DNA from: the human T2T-CHM13v2.0 reference genome, Homo sapiens
Reading direction: 5' to 3' (one strand)
Assembly: GCF_009914755.1 (NCBI RefSeq)
Contig: NC_060936.1
Length of the DNA stretch: 64,000 bases
Below are positions 1 to 10,708 of this stretch, piece by piece (positions within the stretch are counted from its first letter, which is position 1; each line of letters starts with the position of its first letter). The notes below the pieces were generated by a model. It worked only from the letters and a program-made list of their open reading frames with translations, was not told the DNA's origin and ran no database searches. The position numbers were made by a program, and so were the translations under genes.

Positions 1-685
1 GCAATCAAAATCTTAGCAGTCTGCTTTGTTGAAATGAACAACTGATTCTAAAATTTATTTGGAAATGCAAAGGACCCAAAATATCCAAAATAATTTTTAA
101 AATAGGAACAAAGTTATATGATTTCAAAAGTTACTAAAAGCTACAACAATCAAGGCAGTGTGATTTTGGCAAAATGATTGACCAGTTAATGGGAAGGAAT
201 ACAGGGTCAGAAATAGACCCACACATCCATAGTTAATTTTTTTACAAGGGTGCTATGTCAATTTAACAGAGAAAGAATGATCTTTTCAATAAATAGCACT
301 CCAACAACTAACATCTCATACAGAAAAAAATAAGTAAAATTCAATCTTTCCCCACATAGTAAACAAAAATTACCTTAAAATAGATCATACACGTAAATGC
401 AAAAACTTAAATATAAAGCTTTTAAAAGACAACATAAAGAAAATATTTGCAACATGAATGTAGGCAAAAATTTCTGAGATAGGACACAAAAACCTTAACC
501 ATTAAAAAACTTATAAAATTGACTTTATCTAAATTCAAAGCCTCTGCTTTTCAAAGCACTCTATTAATCAAAAATAAAAGGCAAATTCAACAACTGGGGA
601 AATATTTATAAAAATGTATCTCACAAAATCCCTGTGTCTAGTATATACAAAAAACTCTTAGAACTCAATAATATGAAAATGACTA
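1..685 (+). mobile_element. Old L1 (L1M-type) ORF2 3' fragment
   Basis: A-rich; recognisable L1 segments (aagctacaacaatcaaggcagtgtg, agaaatagacccacac, tcttttcaataaatag, ctcttagaactcaataat). Confidence 0.75.
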
Positions 686-2404
686 TCTTAGTCCATTTTC
701 TGTTGCTATAATTGAATATCTGAGACTGGGTAACTTAAAACAAAAATAAATGTATTTCTTTCTCTTCTGGTGCAAGAATAGGAAAAATCTTGGATGAAAC
801 TAGTCAAAGCACTGACATGCCATGACTGCACTGCAAACTTGATGGATAACTCACCTCTTTCAATCTGTTTCTTCACTTTGAAATCTCCTTCTCAACAGGG
901 AGCACTCCTATTAGCTCCAACGTAGCTTCATGGGCAACATGATCCCACCACTCTAGATCCCCAAAGGACCTGAGAATGTGATTATAAGTTGTTTCTCTAA
1001 AATGGGAGGCAACTTTACCCCAGCCACCATGTCTCTCTCCTTCATCAAAATAGTGCTCAGCTACACGTGTTTATAAGAAGCCAGTCTAAGCAGAACCCAT
1101 TTCCAGGGACCATCTGTACTTCCTAGCAATTGAACCCACAACCATGCCTTTGGAGATGACCAGCAGGACGGGGTAAGAGGTCTGCATCTGGCTTTCTGCT
1201 CCACACACATGCTTTTGTCTGGACTCCAAAGCCTGACAGCTGAAACTTCTGGAATGCCCTAGGCACTGCTGAATCAGATGTTTTTCAGCTTCAGTGATTC
1301 ACAACTTCCAACTTGCAGAACATTCTCAAGCTAGCTATTTTTTGGAGTCCCTTTTCTCCAGCTGCCTCCAAAATGAACTGTCCCCAACCCTGAATTTCAC
1401 TGACAGTGAGGTGTTTCTCTGGAAGTCTGGTTGGGGGCCATGCCAGCGTCATCGCCCTGTACTGGGCTTTGAAGACATGATGACCCACAGATTTTTATGT
1501 GATGAAGCTGCTGTTGCAGTGCCTGACCCCAGGCAGGTCCATGCAACACAGCCTGGCATCCTGTGTTTCCATATGGCACCAACCAGGTTGCTTTGAGCTC
1601 TCAGTCCTCTAGAAGCAGGGTCCCCTGAGGCACCACAACACAGAAGAGACCACATTGAGCCCTGTTGGAATATGTGTATGCACAGCTTTGGACAGCCACT
1701 GGAGGCCTGCTGTCTCCTTTACTGAATTCTGAGCCATTGCAGGTGCTCAGGATGGAGTCACCTCCATCCCATCCCACAGTAGAGTAGTGAAGAAACATGA
1801 ATCATTCTATTAATTCCATCTGCTGAGACTGGAGCTTCTAGAATTTCACATCAGTGGGGTATTGGGGACAGTTGCTCTCTTCTCCATGTTTGTTTGGAGA
1901 ATGCATTGATTTGGGCAACTGTCTTTGTTCCTGATATCTGCTCAGCTCCTGCAGGAAAATGCTGTTTATATCAACAGAGATGGCAACAGGCTGGGCTTAC
2001 TGTCGAGGAGACTGAGTTGCAGAATCATCATCCCTGATTCCCAACAGAGCAACTAAGAGCTTGGACTTGAAAGTCAGTCACCCAGGCCCATATTTGAATC
2101 CAGATGCACATTTAACAGTTGGTTGACTTGGGCAAGTTACTGCACTTTTCCAAAAGTGTTTCCTCATCTGTAAAAATGGAGATAAAGGAACATGAGGAAC
2201 ATTCAAAGAGATAATATATGCAAAGGGTAGGCATACGGACTGCTGCCGGGTAAGCACTTGGTTAATACTAACAATAATTATTTTTCTTAACGGTGAGAGT
2301 TCCCCCGGGAAGCAAAAATAAGCCGTGGCAGAAACATTGCTAAGTGTTCGTCTGATTCCATTTTACTTTTCACTTTTTAAGTACTATAGACTTGAGGACT
2401 GTCT

Positions 2405-2735
2405 ATGATTAGGTCGAGGTCAGATGGCTGAGTTCTGACCAATGGGAGGTGGGCACAAATGATGCACACCACATCTAGGCCTCATCTTTAAAAGGTTCTG
2501 ACTTCTGCTCTTTCCTTCATTTGCACAGCTAGCAATGAAGAACCTGGAGATGTCAGAACCACAGGATAGAAGAAGCTCAGATGTTTGAGCACCTGCTTGA
2601 AGGTGACATGAAAAGAGAACAGCCCTGTACTGGACTTAGTGGTAGTGAGAAATTGTTGTTTATTATATTGAGCCATTGACATTTCAGGGTTTGTCTGCTA
2701 CTTCAGCATAACATAGTATGTCCAGACTAATTCAC
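2405..2735 (+). mobile_element. MaLR LTR (MLT1 family) fragment
   Basis: agttctgaccaatgggag...tgagccattgacatttcagggtttgt...gactaattcaca resembles old MLT1 LTR ends. Confidence 0.55.
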
Positions 2736-3879
2736 AAACAAACACTAGTACAGGGAGTGGATGGGGAACCAGCTGGTCGAGGTACAATGGATATTCCCAG
2801 TCAGGTAGAGAAGGGCTGTGTAAATTTTTCATCAGGATGAAAATAACTCATGATTTTACAACAAAGTTGATTGCAAATTTCCCAGGCAACCCCCTACTGG
2901 AACCAGACAGTTGTGCCAGGAGGAGACAAGGCTTGTGACGTGAAAACCCCTTTGTCTGCACTTTCTGGTCTTCATATAGCAACGCTGCTGTTCCACTTCC
3001 ATACCCCAAACTTTGCATGATTCTGTAGATTAAAAACATCCTCTCCATAAATTTCAATAAATTGGCAGTGAATTTCTGCAGCGGAAACAATTCTCATTTA
3101 AAACTACACATCTAGCCATGTATATTTGTCTGGGGACCACCTGTTGAAGGAAGCAGCCATCTGTACACAAAGTCACAAATGATCACATTCAGTCCATATT
3201 AGAACGTGGCCACACATGTTTAACAAAACATCACGTTCCCTGGATCATGGCTGTCCTATGCCAATGGAACCAGAAACTAATCCTGTAAAGCTCTAATGTG
3301 AAGACCCCAGGGCCCTTGCAGATACTGTTCTTTCTGCCCAGAATGCTCACTTTACATATGACTAGTCTTCATCTTCAGATCTCTGCCCAAAAGTCACCTC
3401 TTCAGAGATGCCTTCCCTGAATGCTCTTTCTGCAGGAGGTAGCTCCCACCCTTACTCCTCTATCTCTGTACCATATCCATTTCTTCCATAGAACTTACTA
3501 TATGTAATTGTGGGGGGTGTGTATGTAACTTCTTTCACTAGACCCAAGTAACTGGGAAACTCCCCAACCTCTAGAATTCCAGGTGTATGAGCTGATAAAG
3601 CCCTTGTAGTGTTTAAGCCAATTTCAGCTGAATTTTCTGATATTATAGCTGATTTTACATCTAAAATCTTCCTAACAAATATATCTTCTCTCTAATGTAT
3701 TACTACTGTTGTCTTCCCTGAGATTATCTGTATAAATTAAAAATCCACTATGTGCCAGGCACCACGTTAGGAACTTTATTTCATTTAATCTTCACAATAA
3801 CTCTGAAAATTAGCGATTATTTAATGCTATTATATGGGTGAGGAAATTGAGGCCCAAAAAGTGTAACTAACATCGTTGG

Positions 3880-4355
3880 CTCTGCATTCCTTCCTTTGGG
3901 GAGCTGTTCTCCCACATTCTGTGTGATTCCGTGTCATTTAAATATACCACAAGGTGCGTACATGATCCAGGCTGGCCAATCAGAGCACTTCTCCACCCAG
4001 ACTCTGTGATGGGCCAGGAGGAGACACATGACCCAAACAAAGCCAATCACAGTCCTTCCTTGTTCCCTAAATGCTAGGACATTAAGAACCTCTCTGGTTT
4101 GAGGATCACACTCTAAAAAAGCGTCATAACCCTGCTTTGGCCAGGAGCTGTCTTGCTGCCATGTGGAGAGGGCCTGCCTAAGAATAAAGCCTCATCCAGG
4201 GAGAGTGAGTGAAAAAGAGGCCAATGAGATCCCTTGAACTCCTGGATCCAACTGTGCCTGAGACACACACTTGGGCTTCTCGGTTCCATGAAGCAGTAAA
4301 TTAATCATTACTTAATATGGTCTGAGTGGATTTCTGCCATTTGCTACTGAATAAA
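3880..4355 (+). mobile_element. MaLR LTR (MLT1K/L-like)
   Basis: catgatccaggctggccaatcag, catgacccaa...gccaatca, gccatgtggagagggcctgcc, cctggatccaactgtgcctga. Confidence 0.55.
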
Positions 4356-5076
4356 GATGGAGTGGGCATTACGTAGAAGTTAAATACATGTTAGTTCTCT
4401 CAACTTTCCTCCTTAAAGTGACCACTGCCCATTAACCCCACAACAGTTGTCAACATGTCAACTGCTGCCACTACAGTCACCCCTATTTTTTCACTACCCT
4501 TACTATGTCACATTTGGTCCAGCCTCTAGGCCATGCACAGGCTATTCTTTCTGCCTGGATACAGAATTATGTATTTTCCAAGGGTCACACTTCTAAGTAA
4601 ACGTACTCCACAAATGACCTACAGCCCCTCTAACTGCAACTTACTGCCCATTTGCTAGTGGTGGCAGGGGTTGAAGCAAGAATTAAAAGCCCACAGGCCT
4701 TTAAATGTCCTATTTTAAGTCAGTGACTATTGCCCTGCAAAGAAAGGACTATTGTTTCTCATTCATATTGAGTTTTATACTCAAGGTGACTTCATAGAAT
4801 TTCTCTCATTCCTTCTTTTTCGTAGCCCTGTTAGAGTTGGATAAGAGAGCAATTAATATACCCATTAGACAGCTGAGAAAGCTGAGTTCCAAAAAGGTGT
4901 AGCAACTTAATTGCAATTATCAAGTCCAGACTGAACTTGGAATTCTTCCAACCTCAGCCCAACCTGAGAGGCACCAACGTGTTCTAATTTGGCAAGCCAC
5001 AATTATAAGCATCCATTCCCCAACCTCCTACCACACCCAGCACCTGGTCAATTTGGACAACTAAGCCCTATCAGGT

Positions 5077-5261
5077 TAGGTTGCCAGATAGTATACAGTA
5101 TGCTCAGTTAAATTTGAATTTCTTTTTTTTTTTTTTTTAGTATAAGCATGACCCAAATATTGTCTGGAACACACTTATATTGAAAAATTATTCATAGTAT
5201 ATGTGAAGTTCAAATGTAACTAGGCATTCTGTAGTTTTATTTGCTAAATGTGACAATGCTA
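5077..5261. mobile_element. MER53-like palindromic hAT MITE
   Basis: taggttgccagata...cagttaaatttgaattt...tataagcatgacccaaatattg...aagttcaaatgtaactaggc...tttgctaaatgtgacaa; internal inverted symmetry. Confidence 0.7.
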
Positions 5262-5579
5262 CATCAGATGTTCTTCCAGTAAACTAGAAAAGGGGTGCAA
5301 GTTGTAATTTCTTTGGAAAGTCAGACTTTTCTGGCATGGATCCTAAAACACTACTATTCTGTGCACAGCATCACTCTCTAATGTTTGATACTAGGGTAGG
5401 GTTTGATGTCACCTGATATTATGGCCAGGATCCAGGAACTCTTCAATCTTGCTCTATGATGCACCTCTCCTTCCAAGAGCTTTCTGGAGGGTCTATTTAC
5501 ACAAGAAACAGTGGCAAAATGGGACTCAAGATACTGTCATTCTAGGCAGAGCCGTGAGTGGCCTTCCCCATTAGGAAAT

Positions 5580-6045
5580 CGTGACCCACTGATCTTGGAC
5601 TCTGATTAATCCCAATCAGATTAGCAACTTCCTGCCCTTGGGATAGAGGGGAGTGCCTAGGGAAAGGGCAGGCACAGGAAACTGAAATGTGGAGAAAGAG
5701 CGTGGCTGAGTGTTAGCCTTTGATGACGTCTCCAGTTCAGAACTAAGGAACCTGGTGAGTAGTCTCTTTTGGAAACCAAGACTGAGAACATGTAAATTTG
5801 GAAGCTACGGGATAAGCCAAGGTGGGTTCCACAATCAGAGAGAAGAAAGCCAGGCTATAAAAGGAGAAGAAAGCTGATATGCAAAGAGAAGCAGAAAAGA
5901 GGGTATACTGTCCTCTTCAATCCACCACTCCAATTCTTAATTCCAGCGGCACTGCAAGATGCATTTCCTCTTCTAAGAACTTCGAATAAATTCCCTTTTG
6001 TGCTTAAGCTCATTTGGGTAGGTCTCTGTTACTTATATTGATTCT
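5580..6045 (+). mobile_element. Old ERVL/MaLR-type LTR immediately downstream of the NUAK1 poly(A) site
   Basis: LTR-like 3' end aataaattcccttttgtgcttaagctcatttgggtaggtctctgttact; subfamily uncertain. Confidence 0.45.
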
Positions 6046-6060
6046 GTCACTTACTTGACT

Positions 6061-6122
6061 AAGAAAAAACCACCAAATAAAGAAGCAAGGTCTCTGGTTC
6101 AGTTCATTGCAATTTATTTAAT
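6061..6122 (-). terminator. NUAK1 poly(A) signal (AATAAA with overlapping ATTAAA) and downstream GU/U-rich element
   Basis: TTTATT at 6113-6118 and TTTAAT at 6117-6122 on +. Downstream on the minus strand: CCTTGCTTCTTTATTTGGTGGTTTTTTCTT (6061-6090). Confidence 0.85.
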
Positions 6123-9100
6123 TTAAAAATAAAAACAGAAACAAAAACCAAAATGAAACAAAAATCAGTTTCCAACGAAAATACAAACACTTTGGGTGGT
6201 TATCCAGCTTGTTTTTCCCCTGTAGGCTGTTCTGGGCTCAAACCAATCAAATGAGTGAAAACCAATTTTGACAGGAGCCATAAAGCATGTTGCACCAATT
6301 AAATTACACCAATATATTATTATAATACCTTTGAAATGCCTTTCAGACCAATAAATAAAAAAGACAAATTCAAATAAAAAAGTCAACTTTTTATTACCAA
6401 AAAAAATAGAAATTAAATAAAAGTCACAATGTGGATTTTTTTTTTTTTTTAATGTGCAGTCAAGTTTCTCTCTTTTTTTCTTCTAGGAATGATACCATGC
6501 CAGTAAATCCCTACAGAACATTTCCAGTTTGGCAACAAGCAGTCAGTCGATCATTCACATTTGTACTCAAGACAGCAGGCCTGGGCAAAACTCGCCTGAA
6601 TTTCACCCTGAAAAGTGCTCCCCATCATCTGAAGAAGCAGCACCTGGTAACAGGCATGGCCATTCAGAGGGTACTTAGCATTTTCATTTCACCTGGGGTC
6701 TTGAAGCACTTCCTGAAAACTGATTGTGCCTTGACATTTACCTGTAAAAAGAAGTGTAATTCTACCCCTTTGGCAGATGTGTAAACTAAGACGGTGCAAG
6801 GCCCACAGAAGTAAGGAGAGGACCAGGAAAGCTGACAGTGAATCTCCTGCTTTGTCCATCAGGTCCTAAAAGTGTCTCTCACTTGTAATTCCACAGAAGT
6901 GAATAAAGCATAACTTCTTTGACTGGGATTGGCTGGTAGGGATGACAGGACTTAATGATGAAGCAGGGAGCTGCTTTAATGGCTTTTCCCTCTATTGCAA
7001 GTTTTTCCTTGAAAGGACAGTCAACACCACACCTAGAATCAGAGGATGTTGGCAGAGTGTCAGAGCTAAGCGGGGCTTCAGGTACCAGCTAATTCATCCC
7101 TCCAGCCCTCACTGGAAGGAAAACTTAACCCCTGCAAACAATGCAGATGCCTAAGGCCACCTATGACTTAACTCAGTCTCTGCCTCTGAGTGGAGGACTT
7201 TCTCTGCCACAGTCCACTGGCTGAGTTTCCTGACAAAAGAGAACACGTGTTTGGGGGGAGGAAGAAGGGAGTAGACTGACTTTCCTCAATAGTGTCATTT
7301 TTACTTAAAGACTAGAATGATGGAAACTACTAAACAGACTCAATCACTTGGCAAAAGGAAAAAACACATCAACCAGTAGGTAGGAGCTAGATCTAAGTCA
7401 TACTGACAGCTACGGACACGGCCAGCTGCCGTGCACAAGGGGCCAGCAGGGCAGCAGCATAGGCTGTTCAGAAAAGACTGCATGAAATGAGGCAGGAAGT
7501 AGGGAGCTCAGAGTTGCAGGTTGTCCTCCATGCACCCACACCCCCACCCCCCCCCACACACACAATTTGCTATCTACAGAATTTTTTTTTTCCCTTTTAA
7601 CCTCTATTAGAGTTCAGGAAGGAGGTGGAATTGAATGAAAGGAAATTGAGCAGCTTCCCATAACACACTGCTCAGCTCAACCTGAAGGAACGCATAAGCC
7701 AAAACACCAGAGCCGGTGGCAAGGGGAGAGCCCAAACTGTCTCCTTAAGGAAAGGGCAATTCCATTCTAATGCACTTTCTTAGCACTGTAAGGTGAATTT
7801 TTTTCTCATCTCCCTAGAACTATTGTTTGTTGGTTTTTCCAAAGATGTTCCCAAGACCAGTCCTCTTTTCTATCTACACGTCTACCAGTGGTGGCCATCT
7901 TGAACTGAGTTCAATTTGCCTTGGCCAGCAGAATCTGAAGTCATCCCAGAGACCAGGAAGTACAAACCTAGTATCATGAAGGTGTCCCATGGTTGGAGTG
8001 GCATCTTGTCATTGTGATCTGGGTGTTTAGAAATTACATATCTAGTTTTTTGTTTTGTTTTGTTTTGTTTTGTTTACTTTTTAAGATAAGAGTCCTGCCG
8101 CACCTCTTTTCTGTCTCCCCCAGAACCATCTGGGTAACATCTAAGGAAATGTTCCCTCTCTTACATGCTTCCTCCCAACCCCCTGCACTCTTTCAACACC
8201 TTATTCATTTAAATGAATGGAACTTTCTCTTCCCCCAAAGCCCAGGAGTTCATGGCAAAGTTTAAAACCATGACATAGAATACTTAGATTTGGGGGAAAA
8301 AAAGCACCATCTACCTGATTTTCCTTTCCTCATCCCAATATCCCATCTACATGCTAACTCCCTAGAAGCAAACTTGCCTACCTCTGAGGATGCTACACTC
8401 AGTGGATGGGGAAACCATCTGTCACTGGTGAACAGAGCCAATGGTTCAGCCAGGTAATCCTCTGGAGAATATGGACAGTATCACGTCCAACTCAAAGCAT
8501 CCATGCAGGTGAGAACCCAAGAGGCAGCATTCCAGTTAATATTGAGAAAGAAAGTGACAAGTTGCCTCTTGTTGGTGTGCATCAACTTCCATTCATCTGT
8601 GCAAAGATCACAGACCATCTTGTGCCCTGTCATATATAATAGTTTTGACCTCTGACACCATCATCTTTCTCCCTGTCCACCCTCAAGAGGTTGTGCTGTA
8701 GAGCAAGGCAGACATCAGGAAAGAGGAGGTGAACAGCAAGGAGCTAAATCACCATGGGCTGACTCTATGTCCTTAGCAGAGTTCAGAGCATTCTCTCTCT
8801 GACCAAGGCCCTGTCTTTCCTCAAAGTTGAGTAGCAAATTAACAAATGCCTCACCAGTGGCATGAAAGAGTTAACATAGATCCCACAGGATGACTAAACC
8901 CGATTCCCAGGGCCTAGCCAGATCAAAGATGACAACTACATAGCATTAGTGCTACTGCTTCCCCTTCCCTTTCCCGTGGTAGCCATTACTAGTCAATCAC
9001 AGCACTCCTTCCCCATGATGTGGGCCACTTACGCCAGCACAACTGGCAGCCACTATTAATTGATCGTCAACTCAAGCTCAAGTTGCTGAAATCTACTTGC

Positions 9101-9554
9101 CAGCTCCACGCAGCCAGACCTAGCTTGCTAATACAAGGAGAAAAGGGGCAAGTTCTTTGGGCTCACCCAAGGCAAACAGCCCAAGTGTCTCCTGCCCCTC
9201 CTCCAGAAGCATCTGGATGACTTCTAAGGAAATGCTCCTTCCACATATGCTTCCTCTCCACCCACTGAGTGCCGGTCAATACCACCTCCCCTGGACAGCT
9301 GGTCCTCTAGGAGGTGCCATAAAGCAAATGCCAAACAGGGCCCAAATTCTGACTGACAATTGACAGAACTGGCAGAAGAGCCCACCTCTCCCTTTTAGGT
9401 GTTGGCTCAAGGCTGCAAACTTGGCCAAGTGAGACAGTGCCAATCCTTTTTCAGTCTGTTGTCACAGCCAGCAAAGAGGTAACCAGCCTGTGAGCCCAAG
9501 TCTTGCTCCCCTTCCTCCCTCGTACCCCCGCCCGCCCCTGGGCGCCCTGGAATG
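6095..9554 (-). other. NUAK1: NUAK1 3'UTR (~3.45 kb, within terminal exon 7)
   Basis: Runs from the stop codon to the AATAAA at 6113-6118; no recognisable interspersed repeats and a U-rich distal end. Exact cleavage site estimated. Confidence 0.85.
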
Positions 9555-10708
9555 CTAGTTGAGCTTGCTGCAGATCTCCAGCGCTTGCTTGTAGACCTGA
9601 GTCACATCATCCATGTCTGTGAGGAGGGAGAAGCTGCTGTCTGCCAGCCGGTTCCGGTACCGCTTCAGGTACTGGGGCCGGGGCCGGTTCTGGAGCCCCT
9701 CAAAGTCCTGGATCTGGAGGAAGTTTTCTGCAGAGACGCAGCTGCGGATGCGCTGGCGGGCAGGGCGATTCTCCTGCAAATCCAGCAAGTCAAAAGAGTC
9801 GCTGGACAGCACGCTGTCATCGCTGATGACACTGGAAGGGCGGCTGTAGCTCCGGGAGAGGCCCTCGGCAGGGACACCAGGCTCTGACAGGGATTCCAGT
9901 GTGGGCATTTCAGGGCTGACCAGGGCTGGGTCCATGGTGCCCGCTGAGTATTTGCTGCTGTGTTTCAAGATGCCCTTCCTCCGGCAGGAGAGGCTGTGGG
10001 AGGTTACCCTGGCTGGGTCCGGGGGGCTGGGGGAGGGGATGCTGCTGCCCATCACATCATTACTGTCCAACAGCTCCGAAGACTCACTGCGCTCTGGGGA
10101 AGAGTAGTAACCTGATTCTCTCTGCTGGGTCTTTTTCAAGATGCCTTTCTTGGGCATCGTGGCCGACTGCTTGGGGCTGAGTTTTCCCGGCACCTCTGCC
10201 TCTGGTGAGCTTGGGAGGAGCACGCCAGTCCTGCACAAGTCCTGCTCCATCTTGAAAGTAGAGGGTAAGGCAGGACCAACTACACCTTCAATGAAGCCAG
10301 TGCTGTGAGAGCGATGCTCGCTGTTGCTTCGCTTCTTCAGGATCCCCTTGGGCCTCTTAGAACTCAACTTGGATGGGCTTTCAGGCACTGCATCCTGACC
10401 AGACTGAGCAAAGTCATTCTCTTTCTTGGATTTCTTCAGCGACCGCTGCCGCTCTAGCATGACCTCAGAGGTCGTGGGTTTGGCCAGGCCCTTCATTTTG
10501 GCTTCGGTGTCAGCCTGCAGCCCTGTGGAACGGTGGTGCCAGTCAATGATCCGAGCCAGGAGTGGGGACTCAGAGTCATGGAGGGCATCACAGTCACACA
10601 CGCTGCTCTTATAGCCCCAGTTCACCCACCAGTGGTTGGCAATGTCCTCAATAGTGGCCCGGCGATCGGGGTTCACCATCAGCATCCACCGTATGAGTCC
10701 TCGAGCAT
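9555..10708 (-). CDS. NUAK1: NUAK1 exon 7 coding part (end of kinase domain and C-terminal tail, ending ...EICSKLN*)
   Basis: 376-aa ORF 9555..10685 matches the human NUAK1 C-terminus as I recall it; acceptor CCCTTAG at 10709-10710; stop TAG 9555-9557. Three GILK PP1-binding motifs (10335-10346, 10134-10145, 9963-9974), ESGYYS betaTrCP degron (10101-10118), RQRIRS Akt-type site. Confidence 0.98.

Noticed and set aside
9558-9569. C-terminal SKLN resembling a peroxisomal PTS1 (SKL)
   Set aside because: PTS1 must be the final tripeptide; the terminal Asn displaces it and no alternative stop exposes SKL.
9963-10346. Repeated tttcaagatgcc / cttcaggatccc DNA motif
   Set aside because: Explained by the three known GILK motifs of NUAK1; not a new repeat system.
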